From contig CM052817.1 in assembly GCA_028534125.1 (NCBI GenBank), forward strand, positions 89,406,001 through 89,470,000: a DNA stretch of 64,000 nt, in the 5' to 3' direction. The notes beneath the pieces are model-generated. The model searched no databases. It was given only the letters and a program-made list of their open reading frames with translations, and was not told the DNA's origin. Numbering within the stretch: the first letter of the stretch is position 1; every line of letters starts with the position of its first letter. The position numbers were made by a program, and so were the translations under genes. Below, one piece after another: positions 38,233 through 48,638 of the stretch. This DNA is from Lama glama (taxonomy: Eukaryota).

Positions 38233-39175
38233 GGAAGAGGCAAGATGGCGGAGTAGAAGGACGCTTGTAAGTCACCCTCTCCCACAAATACACCAAGATC
38301 CACATCTACAGACTCACTCAGCCAACCAGAGCACCTGCGGAACTCCAACAGATCATCGCCCTCTTCAAAAGATAAAGACNNNNNNNNNNNNNNNNNNNNN
38401 NNNNNNNNNNNNNNNNNNNNNNNNNNNNNNNNNNNNNNNNNNNNNNNNNNNNNNNNNNNNNNNNNNNNNNNNNNNNNNNNNNNNNNNNNNNNNNNNNNNN
38501 NNNNNNNNNNNNNNNNNNNNNNNNNNNNNNNNNNNNNNNNNNNNNNNNNNNNNNNNNNNNNNNNNNNNNNNNNNNNNNNNNNNNNNNNNNNNNNNNNNNN
38601 NNNNNNNNNNNNNNNNNNNNNNNNNNNNNNNNNNNNNNNNNNNNNNNNNNNNNNNNNNNNNNNNNNNNNNNNNNNNNNNNNNNNNNNNNNNNNNNNNNNN
38701 NNNNNNNNNNNNNNNNNNNNNNNNNNNNNNNNNNNNNNNNNNNNNNNNNNNNNNNNNNNNNNNNNNNNNNNNNNNNNNNNNNNNNNNNNNNNNNNNNNNN
38801 NNNNNNNNNNNNNNNNNNNNNNNNNNNNNNNNNNNNNNNNNNNNNNNNNNNNNNNNNNNNNNNNNNNNNNNNNNNNNNNGAAGGGATAGACTGGGATTTC
38901 AAAATTGTAGAATAGATAAAGAAGATTACACTGTATAGCACAGGGAAATATACACAAAATGTTATGATAAATCACAGAGAAAAAAATGTGACAATGAGTG
39001 TGTATATGTCCATGAATGACTGAAAAATTGTGCTGAACACTGGAATTTGACACAACATTGTAAAATGATTATAAATCATAAAAAATGTTAAAAAAAAGAA
39101 AGAGCTTTTAAATCTCATCACAGCTATAATATAAAATTCACTGAGTTGTTGCTTTCTATCATAGAAAAAAAAAAA
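38233..39175 (+). mobile_element. Young, probably full-length L1 (5'UTR start and 3'UTR visible, body in the assembly gap) with a 3' extension
   Basis: 5' GGAAGAGGCAAGATGGCGGAGTAG with retained CpGs; 3'UTR at 38880-39097; TSD AAGAAAA(GA/TT)CATGTG at 38218-38232 and 39176-39190. Confidence 0.88.
38380..38879. other. Assembly gap (500 N)
   Basis: Run of N. Confidence 1.
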
Positions 39176-39673
39176 AAGAAAATTCATGTGACTGGAGAAT
39201 TTGAGAAGTATGTGGCTACCTTGGGTGTTGAGGTCCAGCCAGCCCCTTGTGTTGTGTAACAGAGGATCTATTAAGTTGAATGTATAGAATACAGCTGATC
39301 AGGAGATAAATTCAAAAAACAAAACAAAAACAAAACACTCAACTAATCAACTCCTTTTTCTCAAGTAACATGAAATAAACTAAAATATTAATATATTCAT
39401 TTATATAATATTATGTATTTATGGATATACATGTATTATACACTAAGTAATGTAAACATTTAATGCAACAAAACTGAACTTTACTTTGTTACAATGCACA
39501 TTAGAAGTGGAATTAGATTGCTAAATCACCACTCTTTAAATAGAAAATCATCTATTTTGGAATCATGGGGCACTCCTTAGTCAAAGTAAAACATAATTAT
39601 GTTGTTAAATACCAAAAGTTGAGCAAAAATAAATCACTTCTGTCAACCATGACTAGTTAAGCAACCAAAAATA

Positions 39674-40012
39674 CTGTCTTAGTTTAGCCTGCCATAGACT
39701 GGGTGGCTTAAAACAACAGACATTTGTTTCTCATGGTTCTGGATGCTGGGAAGTCCACGATTAAGTTCCCTGGTGAGAACATGTTTCCTGTCTTATATAT
39801 ACTACCTTCCCACTTTGTCCTTACATGGTGGAGAGAGAGAGATCTGGTCTCTTTTTTCTCTTCTTTTAAGGATCCTAATACATTATGAGGTTCCCACCTT
39901 CATGATCTCAACTAAACCTAATTTCTTCCCAAAGGCCTTACCTCCAAATACTATCACACTGGGGGACAGGGCTTTAACATATAAATTTGTGGGACACAAA
40001 CAGTCTATAACA
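39674..40012 (-). mobile_element. MaLR MLT1A-like LTR
   Basis: TGTCTTAGTTT..AGACTGGGTGGCTTAAAACAACAGACATTTG..CTAAACCTAATTTCTTCCCAAAGGCC..GGGACACAAACAGTCTATAACA. Confidence 0.8.
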
Positions 40013-41104
40013 AAAAATCTTTAGACAAATTTGGTTTAATTTTATGGTTTTCTTTCATTGGAAAAACAAAGTAGCTCAAAGGTAATATAGAAATCTTGTA
40101 TCATTACACCCAGTGATAAAAAGCAGTTACCGTATTTTACCACAATACGAAAAAAAAAAAAGGTAGGCTACTTAAAATAATGGTGGATTATTTTGCAAAC
40201 AGGGCAAAAATGTCAGTATGTAAACATTCACATTTTTCCCACTAAATGTTTCCCATGGAAAAAGTTTTAGCCTAGTTGCTAAATAAATATGGAAAATAGT
40301 GAAGAGAAGAAAAAGAAAAGCCATATGAGGCTGTAACCAAAAGACTCTAAGGATTTGGCAGGTGAGTGGCTTGGCATAACTACAGAAATTATGCTAATTG
40401 GGAAGGGGATGGATTTTTGAAGAATGTTGTTGGTGTGATAAATAAGGTTAATATTCTTTGAGAAACTAAGTACAAATGAAATTCCAATTAAATTATTTTG
40501 AACGTTAATGGAAATCCATGCAGAAACTAATGCACAGAATAAAACCTCACACTAGTGATGGTTTCTTTAGCAACAATTCTCATCTGCTGTTATCCAGCTT
40601 TGGGGAGCAAAGGTGTTATATTCACCAGCATCCTTGATTAAAAATCATTCTTGAATAATATGAAAAGATGGTTCCTGAATAACACAAGAAAGTTAAAAAG
40701 CACAGAAAATATTCTGATGTTGTAGGTGCAAATCTGGGGATAACTGACAGAGATTGTATACACTCACTAGAAAAGTAAAACTACGCACAGCACTAAATTG
40801 TGAACACTTAAAACTACCCTGCTGGAAGTGTTAAAGTGAAAATCAGCTGTTATGCCCAACATCTAAGGACTTCTAATTTATTTGAAAATTGTGATTATAT
40901 GGAGATAACAAGAAGATGTCAATATCAGGATTGGTTAGATTAATTCAAAGCTCTGACTGACTGCACAATCAAACTGAATACTTACTTTCAGGTTTTAGAA
41001 CTGCTGGTGCAGGCTAACTGCAATGAATAATTTGATATTTAATTCAATAATTATATTGTCAAGGACCAGAGAAAAGAATTTTGAATTATAGTAAGAATAC
41101 ATCA

Positions 41105-41238
41105 GTGGGGAGGGTATAGCTCAAGTCGTAGAGTGCATGCCTACCATGCACAAGGTTCCAGGTTCAATCCTCAGTACCTCCTCTAAAAATAAACCTAATT
41201 ACCTTCCCTCCCCTGCCAGAACAAACAAACAAACAAAC
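41105..41238 (+). mobile_element. tRNA-derived SINE (camelid Vic-1-like)
   Basis: GGGGAGGGTATAGCTCAAGT..GGTTCAATCC with Pol III A and B boxes, an (ACAA)n tail and TSD AGAATACATCA (41094-41104, 41239-41249). Confidence 0.9.
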
Positions 41239-43013
41239 AGAATACATCATAATCAGGAATGGACCATTTTAAAATGTGACCATGCAATATGGTACCAGAG
41301 GCTGTTCCTGGACCCAGAGTTATATGAACTGATATCTCTGCAAATAGTTGCATTACTGCCAAGGACTATATTTAGGCCAAGGTTGATACTGAATGGAATT
41401 GTAATTTAAGATTACAGATCATCAATCAGAGCAGATGTGTACATGTTACACAAGGACCAAGCGAGCCATTTGTCAGGTGTTGATGAATTCAGATTAAAAA
41501 ATCAGAAAAATATAAATGAATATGCAGGAACGATTAATAATAATGGATATAAACACAACCCAGATTTTTTCTAATTCTTTCTTTTGGAGAAATTAGTCAT
41601 GGTTGAAGAGGAAAAGAGGGCAACTATTGTAATACTCCAGGTATGGGGCAAAGTTATGAAGTTCATATCCCAGAATCAGGGTCAGATTGGGAACGTCCAA
41701 GTGATAATATACAAATTTTGGAACTGAATTGAAATCTCAAACAAAGAAATCCAGGTGCATAGGAATAAACAAATTCCCATTTGAATGCTGTAAAAATAAT
41801 GATAATCCACAGAATATTCCCGTATTTGCAACAGACTAGAAGAGGTCTGGCTTTGACTTTGTTTTAGCAAAGAGTAGCTGATTGTTGTTTTACATCATCA
41901 TCCTTCCAACTAACATAAATCCTTGCTTTCCAGAAGAAGGGAGAGGTTGAATGAAAATATTTGTGTTGACTCTCTAGGAATTTACAAATATCCAGGCTCA
42001 ATTTTGGAAAGAAGGACTTTCACTGACCCACTGACATGGCAGCAACTACTGAGAAATCAGAAAAGAACTGGATACACTTACAGTTAAATAAAAGGAGAAG
42101 TTTGAAGATCTTGAGTTGTAAATAGGTCCTCAGTGATTGAGTCCTCAGTCACTGATAATACAAGAAAAGTGATGATAAAAAATTATTTTTTAATAGGACA
42201 ATGTGAGAGTGTTTGCAAAGTTCTTTCTCTCCCTCTAATTTCATCCTTGATACTTTCTAGACCCTCACCTTTGAAACATGTGAATAAGTAAAAATATGAT
42301 GTCATAAAGTATATGAGTTATATGTCCTTTTCTGCAATTATAAGAGTAATAATAAATACATTAAAATTTCCTAGATGGATCAAATTTTATACCACAACAA
42401 GCCTTATGGAGGACACTGAATGAAGCTACTGTGTTGCTATCTGTATTAGTTGGATCTCCAATCAGAGAGCAAAGTATACAGTAATTTGGACAGGGAAAGT
42501 TTAATATAAATCATTATCAACCTTAACAGGAGATTGGAGAAATGCAAGTTTGATTAAAAGAGGTAAAGGGAACAATAAAAAAAAATAGAAACAGCAAATA
42601 TAAGGAGTAGCCACTAACCCCAATTTCATAATGTGCTAAGGTGTGCCCTAAATGTTAGAAAGTTGCTTTTTCATTTTGTTTTGTTTTTGTGGAAATTTGA
42701 ACTCCCAAATGTGAGAGTGGGAGGAAAAGTTTTGAAATTGTTGTTCAAATTTATTTTTGATGCTTGCTAAATTAGAAACATAGTGTTAGTATTTGAGTTT
42801 AAAGTATTGATATACAAGGATATATATGCTATACAGTCTTTCAATTGGTGGAAAGAATTGGAAAATATAAAAATTGGGAGAAAAGATTGGAAACAACTTT
42901 AAAATATTTAACTTTTTAATAACTAAGGAAATCATATATTTCTTATCTAAATGAATCTCAAATGGTTGTCAGCAAATAAAAAGTCAAAAACGTATGTAAA
43001 AATATGTGTCCAA

Positions 43014-43808
43014 TGTGTTGGAAAAGACTTACTATTCCTTTATGTCTCTTACTTCCACATTACTATCACACTCACACTTCTGGCACCAGGTACGCAGAGG
43101 TTTTGCCCACATCAATCTGTTCTCCAGTTCTCAAGGGATACTGAATGGGTGTCCCACAAATTTAACTCAGTTCTGATACTACCTGAAGATAACGTCAGAT
43201 CCTAGAGGTTAAGGGCTCAGCCCCAGCAGACTGTGGCCCCTCATTTAAAAATCAATCTCTAGTCCAGACTGTCATCTGTGCCTCTGATTTACTGACTATA
43301 AATCAGAGATTCCCATTACCCTCTCCTCATGTTCAATTAATTGGCTAAGTGATTCGCAGAATTCAGAGAAACAGTTTACTTACTAAACTACTGGCTTATT
43401 ATAAAAGGACATAACTCAGGAACAGCCAGATGAGAGGCTTGGGGCAAGGTATGTGAGAAGAGGTGTACCACTCTCTCCAAATCTCCATGGGTCCATCAAC
43501 CTGGAATCTCTCTGAACCACCGCCCCCCCTTTTTTTTAATGTAGGCTTTATTCAGTAGCCCCAGAGTGGGATGAAAGTTCCATGTCTCTTCACTTGGTTC
43601 CTTCTTTTGGCAACAAGCCCCATATTTAAGCACTTTCCCAAAGCCACCTCATTAATATAAACTCAGGTGTGGTTGAAAAGGATTTGTTATGAATATCAAG
43701 AGGCATTTATTACTCTTATTAGGAAATTCCAAGGGCTTTATGAACTCTGTGTCCAAACTGGGGACAAAAACCAAATACGTTATTTTTATTATAAATCACA
43801 GTATCATA
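43014..43808 (-). mobile_element. MER21-like ERV LTR
   Basis: CAGTTCTGATACTACCTG..GTCAGATCCTAGAGGTTAAGGGCTCAG..ATAAAAGGACATAACTCAGGAACAGCCAGATG..TATAAATCACAGTATCATA. Confidence 0.7.
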
Positions 43809-45345
43809 ATGTGGAATCATCATATAGGATATTTTAAGCATCAATAATACAAACAACTAAAGTGATTCAATTTTATTTAGAAAAGGCCTGCCTGCAGCCT
43901 ACTGCTTTAATTAACAGTTAGTTTTGAGAGAAGTTCAATCCATAGTGGTTGTTACTGTATTTGACTCTTTGAGGTCAAATACTAAACAGAGAAAGAGCTA
44001 GAAATGGAAACAACCAAAAATGAGCTTAGAGGCAGAAATTCTCTGCTTCCAATCCTTTTTATTTTATTTGAAGCATGTTGTGAAGCATGACACAATCTAC
44101 ATGAATTCTCAGAAGCAGTGCAAAACCTTTCAAAATTCACAGCTTCTCCCTTACTCATAAGCTACATCTTCCCCTCTTTCATTTTCTAAAGCTGAAAAAC
44201 TATAACTACATGCTATAGTATTCCTCACATAACATATTTATTTTACTCTAACAGTTATGGTCATTTGGCTATAGACAAAAGACTCTTAAGTCTGGCAATT
44301 TTGAATAAAATTGGGATTTATTTTAAGGATCTAAGGGGAATTAAATAATTAAACAAAAAGTTTAAACCCAGCACCAGAAAGGACATCACCTATAACTTAC
44401 AGTGTCTCAGAGGCTAAAAATGAGCTAAAGAATTTGCTTTTCCAAAGTACGTTTTTTCCCCAAAAGAAAGGTGAATGCTTTCTGGGTGATTGAAGAGCAA
44501 TAAATATCTACTGTAATCTACATACATTCATGTGTTCGACTAATAGTCAGTCAATTATGGTAAGACATTGCCTAGGAAAGTGATTATAATGGACGTAAAG
44601 GCTTATGCTTCCAGGATGACTGGCTAACAGTTTGGAGAAACATCCTGCTACTATCTAAGTCCCAGATTTGTTTATGAACAGTTATTGCTATTTTTACTGT
44701 TGCTTTCAGATATTTCCTTTTGGAACTTGATGCACTTTTAAAATTTTTCCTTTCTGATGTTTTATATGTCACAGAATTAATTTAAATGCTCTAATTCACC
44801 TATCGATAGACATGATATGTGATAAAGTACTGGTATTTAAATTCAGCACTGTGGCTTATTTATCCTTTCAACAAGTGTTCATTGAATGTCTTTGATGTAT
44901 CAGCCTCTATTATAAGTGCTAGAGAACAATCAGAGAGCGTAACAAATAAAAGCCCCTTCCCTTTTTCTTAATAAAAAGATACTTTGTCATAATTGAAGCT
45001 TTTCCAGAATATATTTGACTATATTTATTTCATAATCAATTAACTATGAATGCCCTGAACATCTCCTAAAAATCTTAGGCACTCAGTTTTTTGGTAAACT
45101 TAAGCATTTAAATTTATATTACAGTATGTATCAACTAACAATGAAGATGGTGAGTATGTAGAGTGAGTGGAGTGATCTTTCTATGCTGGCAGAGAGGTAG
45201 ATGCACATCTCTGACTCTCCAGATCTATCTAAGTGCACATACTATAAACCTTGGTTGTGACAGCTCTTTTTCTTACACTGGTACCTATATTGTTTTATCC
45301 AGTTGGAATATTTAAACAGCTTAGTAGACTCCACAGAATATACTC

Positions 45346-45724
45346 TGTCAGAAAGGAAGAAATTTTCCTCTACATTTCTAGGTTCTCCTGGACAGTCTAA
45401 AAATTAAATTCACTTGAGACAGATTAACAAGAGAAAATCAAACAAAAATTTACCAACATGTACACATGAAAGAGACTGAAGAAAACGGAGTAATTCATTA
45501 AAATGTTCAAAGCCCTCACCTTAAATACAATCTTCAGCTAAAGACAACAGAGGATGTTGGGGTAGTAGTTTGGGACTTCAAAGGTGAGGAAGGCAATTCA
45601 CATGAAGATGGAAAAGCAAATGTTTGGTAAGCAAATGTTTGCTGGGCCATGCACAGACAGTGGAACACAGAGAGAAATTTAACAGACTTCGCTAGGTTCC
45701 GCCCTGTCTATACACCTTTCTTTA
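45346..45724 (-). mobile_element. ERV1-class LTR, 3' portion only (same family as 51883-52433 and 61799-62332)
   Basis: Collinear with 51883 to about 52257 (CCCTCACCTTAAATA..AGCTAAAGAC..GAGGAAGGCA..TGTTTGCTGGGCCATG). Confidence 0.8.
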
Positions 45725-46429
45725 GCTCAGGGTGTCATATAAGCTTGTTACCTGGCTGCCTTTGGAGTCTTTATATCTTAATGAGGCTTCCATACATGTG
45801 CAATTTTGTTTTTCTCCTGTTAATCTGTCTTATATAAATTTAATTATTAGATCTGTTAGGCAGTTTAGATAGGAATGAGCACTGGACAGCGGGAGAGGAA
45901 GGCAAAAGAAACAACCCAAGTACGTCTGCATTCAGTAAAAGGGACTCCAGAAATTTTTATTTTCCCTAAATGAGGGCCAGCAAAAGAAGCCAGTTAAAAT
46001 CAAAACGCTGCAGCTGCCCAAAGAGAAGGACCCGGAGTAATCTGACTCAATGAACCTGCCCAAAAGGGGATGGGTGTGCCAGAGCTGAGTTGTTAATCAA
46101 CCTGTTCACTCAAAGAACTTGAGCCATTAACCAATCAGTCAATCACAAAAATGCCCTTAAGCCAGGGTATAAGATGGAAAACAAAGGAGTGGTGCCACTT
46201 TTCCTCTCTTGGAATGGCCCATTGCCAAATCTCGGAAGTGTACTATCTTTTACTATCTTTTTACTTCACTAATAAAAATCTTGCTTATATCATGCTTTCT
46301 GTCTCTTGTGTAAAAATTCTTTTTTTGGGGGGTGTCTAAGAACTGAGGTAATTCTTATTTCCCTTTTGCCGGTAACAGATCAACCAAATAATCTAGAAGG
46401 GAAGAAGAGAAAATGTTTCCATCCCTACA
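45725..46429 (+). mobile_element. ERV1-class LTR 3' portion on the plus strand, interrupted by another LTR
   Basis: TTTTCTCCTGTTAATCTGTCTT..ATTAGATC [insert] AACCAAATAATCTAGAAGG..CCCTACA; same 3' motif as 48545-48638. Confidence 0.7.
45854..46377 (+). mobile_element. Intact ERV solo LTR (524 bp)
   Basis: TGTTA..TAACA termini, 4-bp TSD GATC (45850-45853, 46378-46381), CCAAT at about 46131, TATAA at 46168, AATAAA at 46271. Confidence 0.88.
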
Positions 46430-46479
46430 GTACTGTGGTTGGCTCTACCTGTTTCCACTCTTATTCCCTAACTGCTAAT

Positions 46480-47075
46480 ACTTAACAAAGAAGCCAGGTC
46501 ATTCACTCAAAACTCTCCAACAGCTCCACATTTGGCTCAGAGTTAAAATCCAAAGTCCTTAACAATGGCTTGCAAGGCTCTACTTAATCTGGTCCCCCAT
46601 TGCCTCTCTGACCCACTTTTCTACTTCTCTCCACAATGCTCCAGCCACATTGTCTTTCCTGCTCTTCTAACATGGCAGATATATTCTTCCCTTAGCACCT
46701 TTTCACTGGCTGAGCTTTCTTCTGCGTTCTGCTCCTCTGATGACTATGTGGCTCATTTCTTTACCTTTTGTATCTCACTTTCTCAGTGAGGGTTTCCCTG
46801 TCTATCTTATTTAAAACTGCTACATACTCTCCCTCTAAAGTAGCATTCCTGACTCCCCTTATCCTGCTCTACTTTTTTTTTCTGTCACAAAATTTAATCA
46901 TCTTCTAATATAATCTAATTTACATATTACTCATTAATTACAGTTATTGTCTCTCCTTCCCCATGAGAATGTAAGTTCCATGACACCAAGGATTTTTGTC
47001 TATTTTTTTTCCCACTGATCTATCCTAAGTGCCAGGCACAAAGTAGGCATTTGATAAATATATAGAGAATAAATT
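46480..47075 (+). mobile_element. L2 LINE 3' fragment
   Basis: AAATCCAAAGTCCTTAACAATGGCTTGCAAGGCTCTAC..GAATGTAAGTTCCATGA..GGCACAAAGTAGGCATTTGATAAATA. Confidence 0.75.
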
Positions 47076-48115
47076 AGTGCAAGTGAGAAGTCATCTTGCA
47101 TTATTTTTCTTTATTTTATGTATTATTTGTTTTAGTAAGAAATATATGGACAATGGATTATTAAGTAGTCTTTAGTTCCAAAGGAAAGAAAAATTTAAGA
47201 AGAATCTAGAATGTACCATTCATTTGTTTTTTTGTTCAACAGATATTTAGCTATCTGTAATATACCAGGTCCCAATCTAGATGGTGACAGAAAGGTGAAT
47301 AAGTTGCACTTCTTCCACATCCTGGGCAAATGTTACAACAAAGTATGGTCAGGGCCATGCATACAATCATACAGCACTTCAAGTTTCCCCAAAGTGCTCA
47401 GTTTGCTTTTTAGTTCTTGGCTTAGTAATAGAAAAGCAAATATTGCAGGGCCTTATTACTGCACATTGCATTATATATAGTAAAATATGTACACAAGTGT
47501 AACTCCATTAGTGTTAATGACAGCGAGGAACATACACCCTCTTCAAAGCGTCATCATGCCCCAAGAAAGATCTATGAGCTGCAGTTCTTCTGGAACAGCT
47601 ATTTATTACAATGCTTTATTAGGCATACAGCACCTAATAAGGACTCTACTTTCTAAATTACAAGACTCTTTCACTGAAAAAGCATTTTGCTGTTAAGTAT
47701 ATATTATTAATACGTGTATAACAGTCTGTTTCATCTTTTAAAAATATTTGGAAAGGTTGCAGATCTTTTTTAAATGATTAGACTTGCTAGGGTTTTCCTT
47801 GCCCAGGGGGTGCTCTGCTCCGCTTGCTCCACTGCCTGGGGCAGCAGGGTGAACTCATTTCCTTTGTACCAAAATTGAGAGCTGACTACCTCTTGGTTCA
47901 AGAGTACCTTACTGCTCATCAGGCCTTATATTATCTTGCCAAGCTCCACAGGAGAGTTATCATGGGGATATTGCTGATTGCTAGACTGCACTTAGAGCTG
48001 ATAAATATGCAGATGTGTAGAATATTAAATGACTTTATTAGCAATCAACATATTTTGCCATGAGGTTCATCTGTATGATCAAAAACTAGCAAAAATTAGT
48101 CTAGTATTTTTAAAC

Positions 48116-48638
48116 TATTGGGGCTCAGGGAAGGCCACCCTGAAATATGCCAAAGTGGCATATTGATTATTTTGAATTAAAGTTACTTAAAAAACAGCTG
48201 GTGCAAGGACACTCTGACCCTCTTCTCTGTCTCCCTGAAAACAGAAAATACATCTCTAATATGAAAGGTACCCTCCCTGTACCAGGAGATACACTGACAT
48301 CCTTATCACCAGACATAGGAAAGTCAGGGCCTAAAAGGCTATATAAAGAACTCTTGTTACTTCCTTACTAATTTATATTAATATTTATTTAAGCCGAAAC
48401 TCTGTATGGGTTCTTCACTGATTAAGCACACAAAGCCTACGTTTCTTTGTCCTGTCAATTCCTCACAAATTTATTGTTTCTTTGTCTATAAAGTTTCAGG
48501 ATGCCTGCTTCACTTCTATGAGACCTCCATGTGTACAAATTAATTTTTTTTCTCCTGTTAATCTGTCTTGTGTCAGTTTATTTAGACCAACTAAAAGAAT
48601 TTAAGAGGAGTAGGAGGAAAATTTCCACCTCCAAAACA
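48116..48638 (+). mobile_element. ERV1-class solo LTR
   Basis: TATTGGGGCTCAG..GGCATATTGATTATTTTGAATTAAAG..TTTCTCCTGTTAATCTGTC..CCAAAACA; TSD-like AAAC/AAAT. Confidence 0.8.

Larger units (their letters stand above)
38094..39336 (+). pseudogene. RAN: Processed RAN GTPase pseudogene, 3'-truncated (5'UTR plus about codons 1-72), interrupted by an L1
   Basis: From ATG 38140 it reads [30 protein letters not shown], and from 39191 TGEFEKYVATLGVEVQP..NRGSIKLNV*NTADQE. This matches Ran ([67 protein letters not shown]). It is intronless, has stops and indels, an A-rich tail at 39314-39336 and TSD ACTCAACTAAT (38082-38092, 39337-39347). Confidence 0.95.

Noticed and set aside
38166..39053. Longest ORFs in the track (295, 250 and 207 aa)
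   Set aside because: They stay open only because they run through 500 N. The flanking residues are L1 UTR or out-of-frame RAN pseudogene sequence.
41107..41180. tRNA-like sequence with A and B boxes (also about 61250-61325)
   Set aside because: It has a SINE body, simple-repeat tail and TSDs, so it is a tRNA-derived SINE and not a tRNA gene.
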